From assembly GCF_963921235.1 (NCBI RefSeq), contig NC_086107.1, positions 104,596,001 to 104,660,000 of the forward strand: a stretch of DNA of 64,000 nucleotides, written 5' to 3'. Position 1 is the first letter of the stretch; every line of letters begins with the position of its first letter. The DNA is from Mobula hypostoma. Its lineage: Eukaryota. Both the position numbers and the translations under genes were made by a program. The notes beneath the pieces are model-generated. The model had not been told where the DNA came from. It did no database searches and saw only the letters and a program-made list of their open reading frames with translations. Below are positions 47,916-60,169 of this stretch, one piece after another.

Positions 47916-49978
47916 TACCCCTCGATCGTGACCCCACTAAGGAGCACCAGGCCATTGTCTCCCACACCATCACCGACTTTATCCGCTCAGATCCACTGCT
48001 ACCAACCTTATAGTTCCCACACCTCGCACTTCCCGTTTCTACCTCCTACCCAAGATCCACAAACCTGCCTGTCCTGGCCGACCTATTGTCTCAGCTTGCT
48101 CCTGCCCCACCGAACTTGTTTCTGCATACCTCGACACGGTTTTATCCCCCCTTGTTCAATCCCTTTCTACCTATGTTTGTGACACTTCTCACGCTCTTAA
48201 ACTTTTCGATGATTTTAAGTTCCCTGGCCCCCACCGCTTTATTTTCACCATGGATGTCCAGTCCCTATATACTTCCATCCTCCATCAGGAAGGTCTCAAA
48301 GCTCTACGCTTCTTTTTGGATTCCAGACCTAATCAGTTCCCCTCTACCACCACTCTGCTCCGTCTAGCGGAATTAGTCCTTACTCTTAATAATTTTTCCT
48401 TTGGCTCCTCCCACTTCCTCCAAACTAAAGGTGTAGCTATGGGCACCCGTATGGGTCCTAGCTATGCCTGCCCTTTTGTTGGCTTTGTGGAACAATCTAT
48501 GTTCCGTACCTATTCTAGTATCTGTCCCCCGCTTTTCCTTCGCTACATTGACGACTGCATTGGCGCTGCTTCCTGCACGCATGCAGAGCTCGTTGACTTT
48601 ATTAACTTTGCCTCCAACTTTCACCCTGCCCTCAAGTTTACCTGGTCCATTTCCGACACCTCCCTCCCCTTTCTAGATCTTTCTGTCTCTGTCTCTGGAG
48701 ACAGCTTATCCACTGATGTCTACTATAAGCCTACTGACTCTCACAGCTATCTGGACTATTCCTCTTCTCACCCTGTCTCTTGCAAAAACGCCATCCCCTT
48801 TTCGCAATTCCTCCGTCTCCGCTGCATCTGCTCTCAGGATGAGGCTTTTCATTCTAGGATGAGGGAGATGTCCTTTTTTAAAGAAAGGGGCTTCCCTTCC
48901 TCCACTATCAACTCTGCTCTTAAATGCATCTCCCCCATTTCACGTACATCTGCTCTCACTCCATCCTCCCGCCACCCCACTAGGAATAGAGTTCCCCTGG
49001 TCCTCACCTACCACCCCACCAGCCTCCAGGTCCAACATATTATTCTCTGTAACTTCTGCCACCTCCAACGGGATCCCACCACTAAGCACATCTTTCCCTC
49101 TCCCCCCCCCCCCGCTTTCTGCAGGGATCGCTCCCTACGCGACTCCCTTGTCCATTCGTCCCCCTCATCCCTCCCCACTGATCTTCCTCCTGGCACTTAT
49201 CCGTGTAAGCGGAACAAGTGCTACACATGCCCTTACATTTCCTCCCTTACCGCCATTCAGGGCCCCAAACAGTCCTTCCAGGTGAGGCGACACTTCACCT
49301 GTGAGTCGGCTGGGGTGATATACTGCGTCCTTATATATTGGCGAGACCCGACGCAGACTGGGAGACCGCTTTGCTGAACACCTACACTCTGTCCGCCAGA
49401 GAAAGCAGGATCTCCCAGTGGCCACACATTTTAATTCCACATCCCATTCCCATTCTGACATGTCTATCCATGGCCTCCTCTACTGTAAAGATGAAGCCAC
49501 ACTCAGATTGGAGGAACAACACCTTATATTCTGTCTGGGTAGCCTCCAACCTGATGGCATGAACATCGACTTCTCTAACTTCCGCTAATGCCCCACCTCC
49601 CCCTCGTACCTCATCTGTTATTTATTTTTATACACACGTTCTTTCTCTCACTCTCCTTTTTCTCTCTCTGTCCCTCTGAATATACCCCTTGCCCATCCTC
49701 TGGGTTCCCCCCCCCCCCGCCCCTTGTCTTTCTTCCCGGACCGCCTGTCCCATGATCCTCTCGTATCCCTTTTGCCAATCACATGTCCAGCTCTTGGCTC
49801 CATCCCTCCCCCTCCTGTCTTCTCCTATCATTTTGGATCTCCCCCTCCCCCTCCAACTTTCAAATCTCTTACTTACTCTTCCTTCAGTTAGTCCTGAGGA
49901 AGGGTGCCGGCCTGAAATGTCGACTGTACCTCTTCCTAGAGATGCTGCCTGGCTTGCTGCGTGCACCAGCAACTTTGA
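47916..49978 (+). mobile_element. Penelope-like element (RT + Cys-rich linker + GIY-YIG), 5'-truncated, inserted in the Tc1 left IR
   Basis: 13-bp TSD tgattagtgtatt at 47903-47915 and 49979-49991. ORF 48250-49377 has MDVQSLYTSI, GVAMGTRMGPSYA, LRYIDDC, LPFLDL, YYKPTDSHSYLDYSSSHP and PCKRNKCYTC. A short deletion near 49330 breaks the GIY-YIG domain. Confidence 0.93.
49885..49926 (+). ncRNA. Hammerhead ribozyme motif (partly diverged)
   Basis: AGUC-CUGAGGA-A-GGGUGCCGGCCU-GAAAU-GUC-GACU. Confidence 0.65.
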
Positions 49979-52900
49979 TGATTAGTGTATTATTTTTGTT
50001 TTGTACAATTTTAGAGTGAAAAAAAGGAAAGGAGCACCATGCAAAAGTTTGGGCACCCCAGGAGATTTGAGCTCTCAGACAACTTTTACTAAGGTCTCAG
50101 ACCTTAATTTGCTTGTTAGGGCTATGACTTGTTTACAGTCATTGTTAGGAAAGGCCGGGTGATGCAAATTTCAAAGTTTTATAAATACCCTGACTCCTCA
50201 AACTTTGTCCCAACAATCAACAGCCATGGGCTCCTCTAAGCAGCTGCCTAGCACTCTGAAAATTAAAATAAATTATGCCCATAAAGCAGGAGAAGGCTGT
50301 AAGAAGATAACAAAGCATTTTTAGGTAGCCGTTTCCTCAGTTCGTAATGTAATTCAGAAATGGCAGTTAACAGGAATGGTGGAGGTCAAGTTGAGGTCTG
50401 GAAGACCAAGAAAACCTTCCGAGAGAACTGCTCGTAGGATTGCTAGAAAGGCAAATCAAAACCCCCGTTTGATTGCAAAAGACCTTCAGGAAGACTTAGC
50501 AGACTCTGGAGTGGTGGTGCACTGTTCTACTGTGTAGCAACACCTGTACAAATATGACCTTCATGGAAGAGTCATCAGAAGAAAACCTTTCCTGCATCCT
50601 CACCACAAAATTCAGCGTCAGAAGTTTGCAAAGAAACAAGTCCTGTGGACTGATGAAGTTAAAATAGAACTTTTTGGCCGCAATGAGCAAAGGTATGTTT
50701 GGAGAATGAAGGGTGCAGAATTTCATGAAAAGAAACACCTCTCCAACTGTTAAGCACGGGGGTGAATCGATCATGCTTTGGGCTTATGTTGCAACCAGTG
50801 GCACGGGGAACATTTCACTGGCAGAGGGAAGAATGAATTCAATTAAATACCAGCAAATTCTGGAAGCAAACATCACACTGTCTGTAAAAAAGCTGAAGAT
50901 GAAAAAAGGATGGCTTCTACAACAGGATAATGATCCTAAACACACCTCAAAATCCACAATGGACTACCTCAAGAGGCGCAAGCTGAAGGTTTTGCCATGG
51001 CCCTCACAGTCCCCCAACCTAAACATCATCAAAAATCTGTGGATATACCTCAAGAGCAGTGCATGCAAGACGGCCCAAGAATCTCACAGAACTAGAATTC
51101 TTTTGCGAGAAAGAATGGGCGAAAATCCCCCAAACAAGAATTGAAAGACTCTTAGCTGGCTACAGAAAGCATTTACAAGCTGTGATACTTGCCAAAGGGG
51201 GTGTTACTAAGTACTGACCATGAAGGGTGCCCAAACGTTTGCTTCAGGCCCTTTTCCCTTTTTGTTATTTTGAAACTGTAAAAGATGGAAATAAAAAAGT
51301 AATCTTACTTAAAATATTAAAGAAATGTGTCATCTTTAACTTTATGCCTTTTGAAAATCAGGTCACCTTTTACTTGCTTAGCTATTCACAGTAACAGAAA
51401 TTTTGACCAGGGGTGCCCAAACTTTTTGCATGCCACTGTATATGCCACATCTAACACAATTACTTAAATTCTTTCTTATTTTTGAGTTGACCCTTTTATG
51501 CCTGTGAATCCCTGGGTATTAGTTTATCTCAGATCAAACAAATGTAATCAGATTATAATATTAGCGTCGATCTTCTCTTGATATTTATTAAGGCGGGGTT
51601 TGGGAGCACTTTCACAATACATCTTCCAATTTACTTTCTTGGTTAATGGATGCTTCTTATCTGTACATTTGTAGACATAAATTCAATTTAAATGAACTTT
51701 CTTTCTTCCTCTTAGGAATTTGTAATATTATAGCAACCTGGTTTTTACAATTTGAAAAATTTATATAGAAACACCACTGTTTGATTTGAAGAATTGACCT
51801 GTCTTTCATCCATATTTCTGTTCTTGCTTTTCCAATTAGTAGTAGTCAGTACCTTGCTTTGGGTTCTGATTTTGTGTTACTGAGTAATTGAATGATACTG
51901 GGTGTACTCATTTTAAGATGATGAGATGGACAAGTCAAGGTTCAGCGATGATCCAACTTTACTGTTTTGTTTGCACCATTTATTTATCTTTGAATTTATA
52001 GTTTTTTATGACATTGCATTTGTACTGCTACCGCAAGACAAAATTCATAGACACAAATTCTGCAGATTCTGGGTAGCCAAAGATTCAAACACAAAATGCT
52101 GGGGGAGCTCAGCAGGTCAAGCAGCATCTAAGGAGATGAGCAAACAATCAACGTTTTAGGCTGAGACCCTCCTTCAGGTCTCAAATTTCATATCATACGT
52201 CAGTGACAAGAAATCTGATTCTGAGTACAGTATTTTGTGGAGTATTGATGCCCAGCATGACGTGTGAAGTATGGCCGAGTGTTACACCAGCTGTTTTAAT
52301 GCTGGCTAAATATTTTCAGCATTTCTTTCTTGCCCTATGCAAGCTGCCATTTGATGTAATTGAATTCAAATAACGGCTGATTCTATCTTGCCTCTGCATT
52401 CTTGTATGGATTTTTTAACCATCTTCTTCAGTAATGTATAAATCAATGTTAAAACAAAGCAAAATCAGGATTAATGTAGCATTTGTGTAAATCGATACTT
52501 GATGGTCATTGCTGATTGGTGAACTGAATTACTTACTTCTGTGGTGTATCTCTTATCAGGATACGTTGTTGGTGTAATGTGTTTGTATTATTGTACGTAT
52601 AATTTATTTTTGTTGTACCTCTGCATTTATTTTTCCTGCATAGTTTTAATTGCTGACTTCATTAACTCATTAAGAGATCAACAAAGTCATATTGGCAAAT
52701 TGGTTGTGGAGATCTATTCAAGGTGATTCCAGAGATTTATGTGTGTGACTTGGCTGGCCTATGTCACCAGCTGGTGATCAAAGGTGGTACCCAGTCTCCC
52801 TCAATTCCTTCTTAGTGTGTGTGCTTTGCAGTGCACCAGTAATGTCCAACATCAGTAGTTAGTATCTGTATGTTTTAATAGTTATTCGCTTTTGGAATTT

Positions 52901-53426
52901 AGACTTCACTGGCAAGTCCAGCATTAATTGTATTTTGAACAACTGCAGTCCTTTTGTTCTTGCATAGGGAGTTGCAGTTTCTAAACCCAGCAAAAAGGTA
53001 CTCCCAAAACAAGATGTTCTGACTTGGAGGGGAACCTGCAGGAATTGTATATAAAAAATGCATCCACTGCCTTTGTCCTCCCTGGTATTTTTGGATTTGG
53101 TGAGGGAGGGGGATGAAATAAGAGGCTGGGAGGGGATGGATGGAAGAGACTGAAGAAGAAGAAATCTAAAAGGAGAGGATAGTAGACCATGGAAGAAATG
53201 GTAGGAGGGTAGCCAGAGAGAGGTTTTATGGGAGCCTATGGTAGATGCGTATTATGCCTGTTAATGGTATATTACTGAATAGTTCCCCTGATAGAGAATT
53301 GCATGGTCAAGAGATATTTTGGGAGAAGGGCATGAGGGCAGTATCTGTGTGAGGTTGGTGAGAGGATTCCACATGATAAACTATTAACTAAGAGCTCAGC
53401 AGCTAATGGACTAAGATTTAAGGTAA

Positions 53427-54640
53427 ACAACAGGAATTCTGCAGATGCTGGAAATTCAAGCAACATACATCAAAGTTGCTGGTGAACGCAGCAGGCCAGG
53501 CAGCATCTATAGGAAGAAGCGCAGTCGACGTTTCAGGCCGAGACCCTTCGTCAGGACTAACTGAAGGAAGAGTGAGTAAGGGATTTGAAAGCTGGAGGGG
53601 GAGGGGGAGATGCAAAATGATAGGAGAAGACAGGAGGGGGAGGGATGGAGCCGAGAGCTGGACAGGTGATAGGCAGAAGGGGGTACGAGAGGATCATGGG
53701 ACAGGAGGTCCGGGAAGAAAGACGGGGGGGGGGGTGACCCAGAGGATGGGCAAGAGGTATATTCAGAGGGACAGAGGGAGAAAAAGGAGAGTGAGAGAAA
53801 GAATGTGTGCATTAAAAAGAGTAACAGATGGGGTACGAGGGGGAGGTGGGGCCTAGCGGAAGTTAGAGAAGTCAATGTTCATGCCATCAGGTTGGAGGCT
53901 ACCCATACGGAATATAAAGTGTTGTTCCTCCAACCTGAGTGTGGCTTCATCTTTACAGTAGAGGAGGCCGTGGATAGACATGTCAGAATGGGAATGGGAT
54001 GTGGAATTAAAATGTGTGGCCACTGGGAGATCCTGCTTTCTCTGGCGGACAGAGCGTAGATGTTCAGCAAAGCGGTCTCCCAGTCTGCGTCGGGTCTCAC
54101 CAATATATAAAAGGCCACATCGGGAGCACCGGACGCAGTATATCACCCCAGTCGACTCACAGGTGAAGTGATGCCTCACCTGGAAGGACTGTTTGGGGCC
54201 CTGAATGGTGGTAAGGGAGGAAGTGTAAGGGCATGTGTAGCACTTGTTCCGCTTACACGGATAAGTGCCAGGAGGGAGATCAGTGGGGAGGGATGGGGGG
54301 GACGAATGGACAAGGGAGTTGTGTAGGGAGCGATCCCTGCGGAATGCAGAGAGATGGGGGGAGGGAAAGATATGCTTAGTGGTGGGATCCCGTTGGAGGT
54401 GGCGGAAGTTACGGAGAATAATATGTTGGACCCGGAGGCTGGTGGGGTGGTAGGTGAGGACCAGGGGAACCCTATTCCTAGTGGGGTGGTGGGAGGATGG
54501 AGTGAGAGCAGATGTACGTGAAATGGGGGAGATGCGTTTAAGAGCAGAGTTGATAGTGGAGGAAGGGAAGCCCCTTTCTCTAAAAAATGAAGACATCTCC
54601 CTCGTCCTAGAATGAAAAGCCTCATCCTGAGAGCAGATGC
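53427..54640 (-). mobile_element. 5'-truncated Penelope-like element with an open GIY-YIG C-terminal ORF
   Basis: 11-bp TSD atttaaggtaa at 53416-53426 and 54641-54651. ORF 53853-54596 is uninterrupted through the Cys linker and GIY-YIG to the stop. Confidence 0.92.
53522..53563 (-). ncRNA. Minimal hammerhead ribozyme motif
   Basis: Minus strand AGUC-CUGACGA-A-GGGUCUCGGCCU-GAAAC-GUC-GACU. Confidence 0.75.
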
Positions 54641-55149
54641 ATTTAAGGTAATTGGTAAAGGATTAGAAGGGAATTGAAAAAAAAAATCATATCCAAAAGA
54701 GTGGTTGGGTCTGGAACAGCTACTGAAAAGATGGAGACAGAAGCATTATTTTGCTTTTACTGTATCTAAATGAGCATTTGACGGATGTAATTGGTAAGGT
54801 TCTGAATCACGAAGTGGATTTAGTTTAAATAGCTTTTTTGGTAGATGGACAATTAGTACTGCAGAAAGGTACTCAATCTATCGAGTAATGTTTTCATGAT
54901 GGCAGTGATTGTTTTATACTTTAGTTATGTATATATTGGGTCCAAAATCATGAGGCTTACAGTAAATGGAAGTGAAAGGTATACCACCTACAAATAAAGA
55001 AATTTGCATCATTTGTTGAGATGGGAAAAACTATTGAGTACATAAAAGTGGAAACTGTATTCCAGATATTTAATCGAGCCCTGTGAACAAGCTTAAATAT
55101 CTATTGTAATTTAGTTTTGCACTATAAGTTGACACAGTTTTGAACATAA

Positions 55150-56020
55150 ACACGAGATTCTGCAGATGCTTGAAATTCAGAGCAACACGCAAAATGCTGG
55201 AGGAACTCATCGGATTATACAGCTTCTATGGAAATGAATAAACAGTCGACTTTTTGGGCCAAGACCCTTCATCCTGACTAGAAAGGAAGGAGGAAGATGC
55301 CAGAATAAAACAAAGTAGGGGGAGGGGAGGGAGGACAAGCTAGAAGATGATAGGTGAAGCTAGGTGGGTAAGAAAGGAAAAGGGCTGGAGTAGAAGGAAT
55401 CTGACAGAGGAGAGGACTGCAGAGGGGGAACAAGGAGAGCACCAGGGGAAGGTGATGGGCTGGTGAAGAGAAGATGCAAGAGGTGAGAATGGAGAACAGA
55501 ATAGTGAATGGGGAGGGAGAAAAAGAAGAAAATTATATTGGAAGGAGAAATCTGTGTTCATGCCATCAGGCTGGTGGCTCCCTAGATGGAATATGAGGTA
55601 TTGCTCCTTCACCCTTATTGTAGTAGAAGAGGAGGCCATAGACTGGCTTGTTGGAATGGGAATGGCTCAATAAGTATATTTAAGACAAGGTTGGATAGAT
55701 TTTTGCATTGTAGGGGAATTGAGCATTATGGGGAAAAGGCGGGTAGGTGGAGATGAGTCCATGGTCAGATCTGCCGTGATCTTATGGAACGGTGGAGCAG
55801 GCTCGATGGGCCAGATGGCCTACTCCTGCTATTTCTTATGTTTTTATTCTGCAGCCCTTTACCTTTATCTCCCACTTGGCTTCACCTGTCACCTTTTAGC
55901 TTGTTGTTCCCTTTCTCTCACCTTTATCTTCTGTCCCCTTTCTCATCCTGATGAAGTGACTTGACCTGAAAAGTCGACTGTTTATTCTTTTTCAGAGAGT
56001 GGCCTGCTGAATTCCTCCAG
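55150..56020. mobile_element. Two oppositely oriented Penelope 3' fragments flanking a CR1 3' fragment
   Basis: Minus copy about 55150-55660, CR1 3' UTR about 55670-55845, plus copy about 55850-56020. Degenerate hammerheads at about 55243-55280 and 55944-55980. Confidence 0.65.
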
Positions 56021-59000
56021 CACTTTTGAACATGACAGTTCAATTAATTAGCAATAATATTTCCTGCAAGCTTTGACATTGTATCAGCTTTTATTCTGAT
56101 TGGAAGGTAGATTGATTAAAATGGAAACACTATAGTGATTGTGGTGGATTTTGTTTACTTAATAATTTTTCAGCATGGAAATGTTGATGCAGTAGCCCCT
56201 GCAAGTTACTGAAAACATTTTACAGGTGTGGTACATCACAACCAAGGTGAACTGATGGTGGAGTTAATGAATATTTAGTGTGATGGATAAAGGACAATTT
56301 AAGGAGCTGCTTTGTTCCAGATGATATCTTGGGTTTCTTATATTGTTGGAAATGCATTTGGGCTGGTGGAGGGTATTCTGCTTTATGCATTGTGGGGGGG
56401 TCGAAAACTTTGTGGTGTCACATGATGAATCATGTGCTGCAGGATATTCAGCTTTTCACCTGCTCCTGTAAGCACTGTGTTTATGTGACAAGCAATTGAA
56501 TGATGAGGAATTAAGTGGACTGGGCCTACAATTTCTTGAGTTTAGAAGAATAGGAGGGAAACGCATTGAAACTTACAAAATTCATGAGGCCCGACATGGT
56601 AAAGAATAGTTTTTTACACATGCTAATCTAAATGAGCTCCTCATTCATTTTAGGTCTGTAGTTCATCAAGATTTTCAGCAGATTTCCTATGTCTGAAGAC
56701 CAATTGAAGACCAATGCAAAATATCTATTTAATCTGTCTGGTATTTTCGCATTCCTCAATATAATTCCATGGTCTATAAAGAATCCACATTAGTTTTTGC
56801 TAGTCTCTTACAGTTTTTATTACACTCGCTTGCTCATGTGCTCTGCTGATCAGTACTTTCTAGTTTGAATTCTGAAATTTTCTCAAGCCTTTTTTTAAAA
56901 ATAACTAAGTCTAGTCCTTTGATCTAATATTGCCTTCTCTATATAAACATGGCTGGATCATACTTCATGTTTTCTTTTCCTTAAAAGGAAATATTATTCG
57001 TCTTATTTTTTTTAAATAAGTTTTCCTAATCTACCATAGCCAATACGTTTCATGCCTTTTGTAGTTTGTGTAAAGTAGATTTCAGAACTTGATTTCAGAC
57101 TGACTACATCACTTTCAGTTATATAAAATTGTATCCTGTTGTGATCACAGTTTCCCATAGTTCATATAACTACCAGAACATCAATTAATCTTTTCTCATT
57201 ACGTAGTACTAAGTGGAAAAATAGCCTATTCCATCTTGGGTTTCTTCAACATGCTAATATAGAAAACAAGCTCTATGAATTTATCTGTAACAGTATTTAT
57301 TTGACTTTGTAGCCTTTGTGCATATTACTGTCCCCCATAATTATTCTCTTATCTGTATTAATATGTATGTCTAATTTCCTGATGTATGCTATGCTTTGCC
57401 AACTGCAACTGTTTGGGGAGCTGTTTGTAACCTAAATTTCCATCAGTCAAGGCTTTCTGCTCATTGCAGTTTCTACAGCTTGATGTACTGAGTTAAGGTA
57501 TTTCCCCTCTGGTACCTTTACCACATTTTTTAAATATTTGGTAATATGAAGTACAAAAGTAAGCATCATAAAAACATTAGTAGAACACATTTCTATTTGT
57601 GACTTTATAACATGTAAATTAGAGCAAATATTTGAAGTAAAATTGAAAAGCTTGGAGGTCTGTGTTTTTACAGTTTTTTTTTGAAGAAAGTAATGTTTGA
57701 TTTTTGAAGGTAGAAATTACTGAGACAATTTGTTATAGTGCCCCATAGCTGAGGTAAAATTCAGAGTGGAAAACAACATTAAAACTGCCACAAATGTCAA
57801 ATCTGGAGGTTGGCCATTCTATTTTCTTTTATAAAAATTGTGGGAAAAGCATTGAGCAGATTAGAAGTCTAGATAGCAAAAAATCATAAATCGATATTTC
57901 TTTTCCTTTAAATGCCCAGGGATTTAAGATATTGAATGTGTCATTTCGCAAGTGCTTCACATTGTTGTGATATGCTCTGAACATACGCTCTGATTTTGTT
58001 TTTGATAAGGTTCTCTAGAAATTCTTGATGAGCCGCAGACAGATTTACTATTGAGTAGAAGGCGGCTTGAGTTGATTGCAAAATATAATCTGTGGAATTC
58101 ATCAGTTAACAATTATTTGTCAGAAGAATTATTCAGTTTGTGGAATTGTATACATTAGTATTTTGTGTGTTAATAGAGGGCCCTTGGTACATGCATTTTC
58201 CAATATTATTCTTTTTGGTAATTAGCCTTTAATAACTGTGAATTATTTTCAAGCTCCATCCCCGTCAATGTAGTGTTATGTAGTAATTAAAATTAAAATG
58301 CTGGTGCTAGAACAGATTTAATTATTACTTTTAGAGGAAGTAATTGTTGGCTGAGTATGCGTATCTGAATCTAATATGTTATAGCTTTATCTTTTATAGT
58401 TGCTAACATTACCCCGTATATATTTCAGCACTTTTTAAATTTGTATTGCTAGACCTGCTTCTAATGAATTTGCAATTAGTAGATTATATATTTTTAAAAG
58501 ACTGGTTACATTACAGTACATCATGATCTGTCGGGTTTCATCTTTCCATACGCATCGATTACTTAACTGTCTTCTGTTTACACCAGTTTGCCAGATGCTA
58601 TCCATTTATTTCACTCTGGACAGGAGAGCTGCTTTTGGAATTGATACTTTTTTTTTGCAATTTTTAACCATGGCTCAGTTGGTAGCATTTTCACCTGAGA
58701 AAAGATTCTATATTTAAGTTGTGGTCTGCAGCTCGTACATGGGATGTTAATCCATGGTTTCCACCTGCTTTCTCAGGTTGACATGAAAAATCTGTGATAT
58801 TATTTGAGGGAGTAAAAGCATATAAGGTGTTTGTTATTTGCTGCTTTTTCAGCATCACCTTGTAAAAAGAAACAAAAACTAATTATCTAGGCTTTACATT
58901 GCTTCTTTTATCATTGTGCTCTTTTATTTTTATGGATTTCAAATTTTGGCTATTTACTTTAGTTTCCCTTTGTGCTGCCCTCTCGTTCTGTAGCTCAGAG

Positions 59001-60169
59001 TTAGATTTTGTTCGATATTCCTTTCTATCCAGAGCTTTGGGAATTGTTTCATTAATAGGAATTGTTACTCTCTTGACACATGGAAGTGTTTTTATGGATC
59101 AATATATTAAGTGTGTGTGTATTTAGAAAATGCATCTTGCCAAGTGCATCTCCAGCACTTTTTAACATAAAATGGAAACTCATTAGCTGCTCAAAATGTG
59201 TGTGTCCTGGCCACATTTTCTAATTTAATTTTTCTTTAACAGTGAAACAATTGCTCATTCTTCACAAAAAAATCTGAAGCAGAGTCGGCCTGTTGGTTTC
59301 TTGAGTCTGATTGACATTTAATAAGATGCTAATTAGTTGATTAGGACTTCGGCTCAGCGTTTCTTTCTACCCATGGTAATCATTCACTTCTTTGCTTGAA
59401 GAATCTAGACTACTGGAGGAATTCAGCAGGTCGAGCTACATTCTGACTCAAGATGTTGACAAATGTTCCCCCGCCCCTACAGATGGTGCACAACCACATT
59501 CGCTGAGTTCAACTCAGAGTCCCTGCAGTTTGTTTCTTGATCATATTCAAAAGCCTTGCATCCACCACCCTTTTAGGAAGAGTTCCAAGTGGCAGAAGAG
59601 GAAAATAAAATCTTCTCATCTGTGACTTGGTGAACCGTACTGTTAAATTCTTCCACAAGAGGAAAACATTTTCTTCATATCAACCCCGTGAAGACCCCTT
59701 GGAATCTTGCCCATTTCAGTTGTCTTATTTTTACATTTCTAATCAAGCTTAGGCATTTCATATGACAGCCTGCCCATTTTGATCTTTACTGTATTTTCTC
59801 CAATTGTTCCTTAAGGAGACTAATACTGTACACAGTTCTATGGATGAGGTATCATTATTGTCCTGCATAACTAAAGTTAGGCATCTCCATTTTTGTTTGC
59901 AGTTCCTCACACAATAAGCAACATTTGTTAGCTGTTACAATTACTTACTAGTCTTTTACAAAACATGCAGTGAGATACTCAGATTCCTTTGCACTTCAGC
60001 TCTGCAGTCTTTTGCCATCAAGATGATATACTTTATAACATTTACAAAGCAGATTATTTCAGAAGATTATTTAGCTAAAATAAATGCATAACGAAAGGGA
60101 ATTCTGTTTTGATAGTTATGGCTCCTGTAAGTTTGTATTTGTGGATAATATGAATCATGTGATCAGCTT

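Larger units (their letters stand above)
47770..51438 (+). mobile_element. Second Tc1-family DNA transposon (IR/DR type), decayed
   Basis: TA TSDs; TIR CA(C/G)TGGCATGCA..AAGTTTGGGCACCC. Transposase remnant about 50226-51217 (VLWTDEVK, TVKHGG, QQDNDPKH, WPSQSPNLNII) with stops and frameshifts. Confidence 0.9.

Noticed and set aside
48250..49377. 375-aa RT ORF as a domesticated or telomerase-like host gene
   Set aside because: It lies within a TSD-bounded, 5'-truncated multicopy Penelope insertion with a frameshifting deletion.
58026..58075. TGATGA plus gccgc/gcggc hairpin as an intronic C/D snoRNA
   Set aside because: No D box (CTGA) at a suitable distance and no terminal stem.
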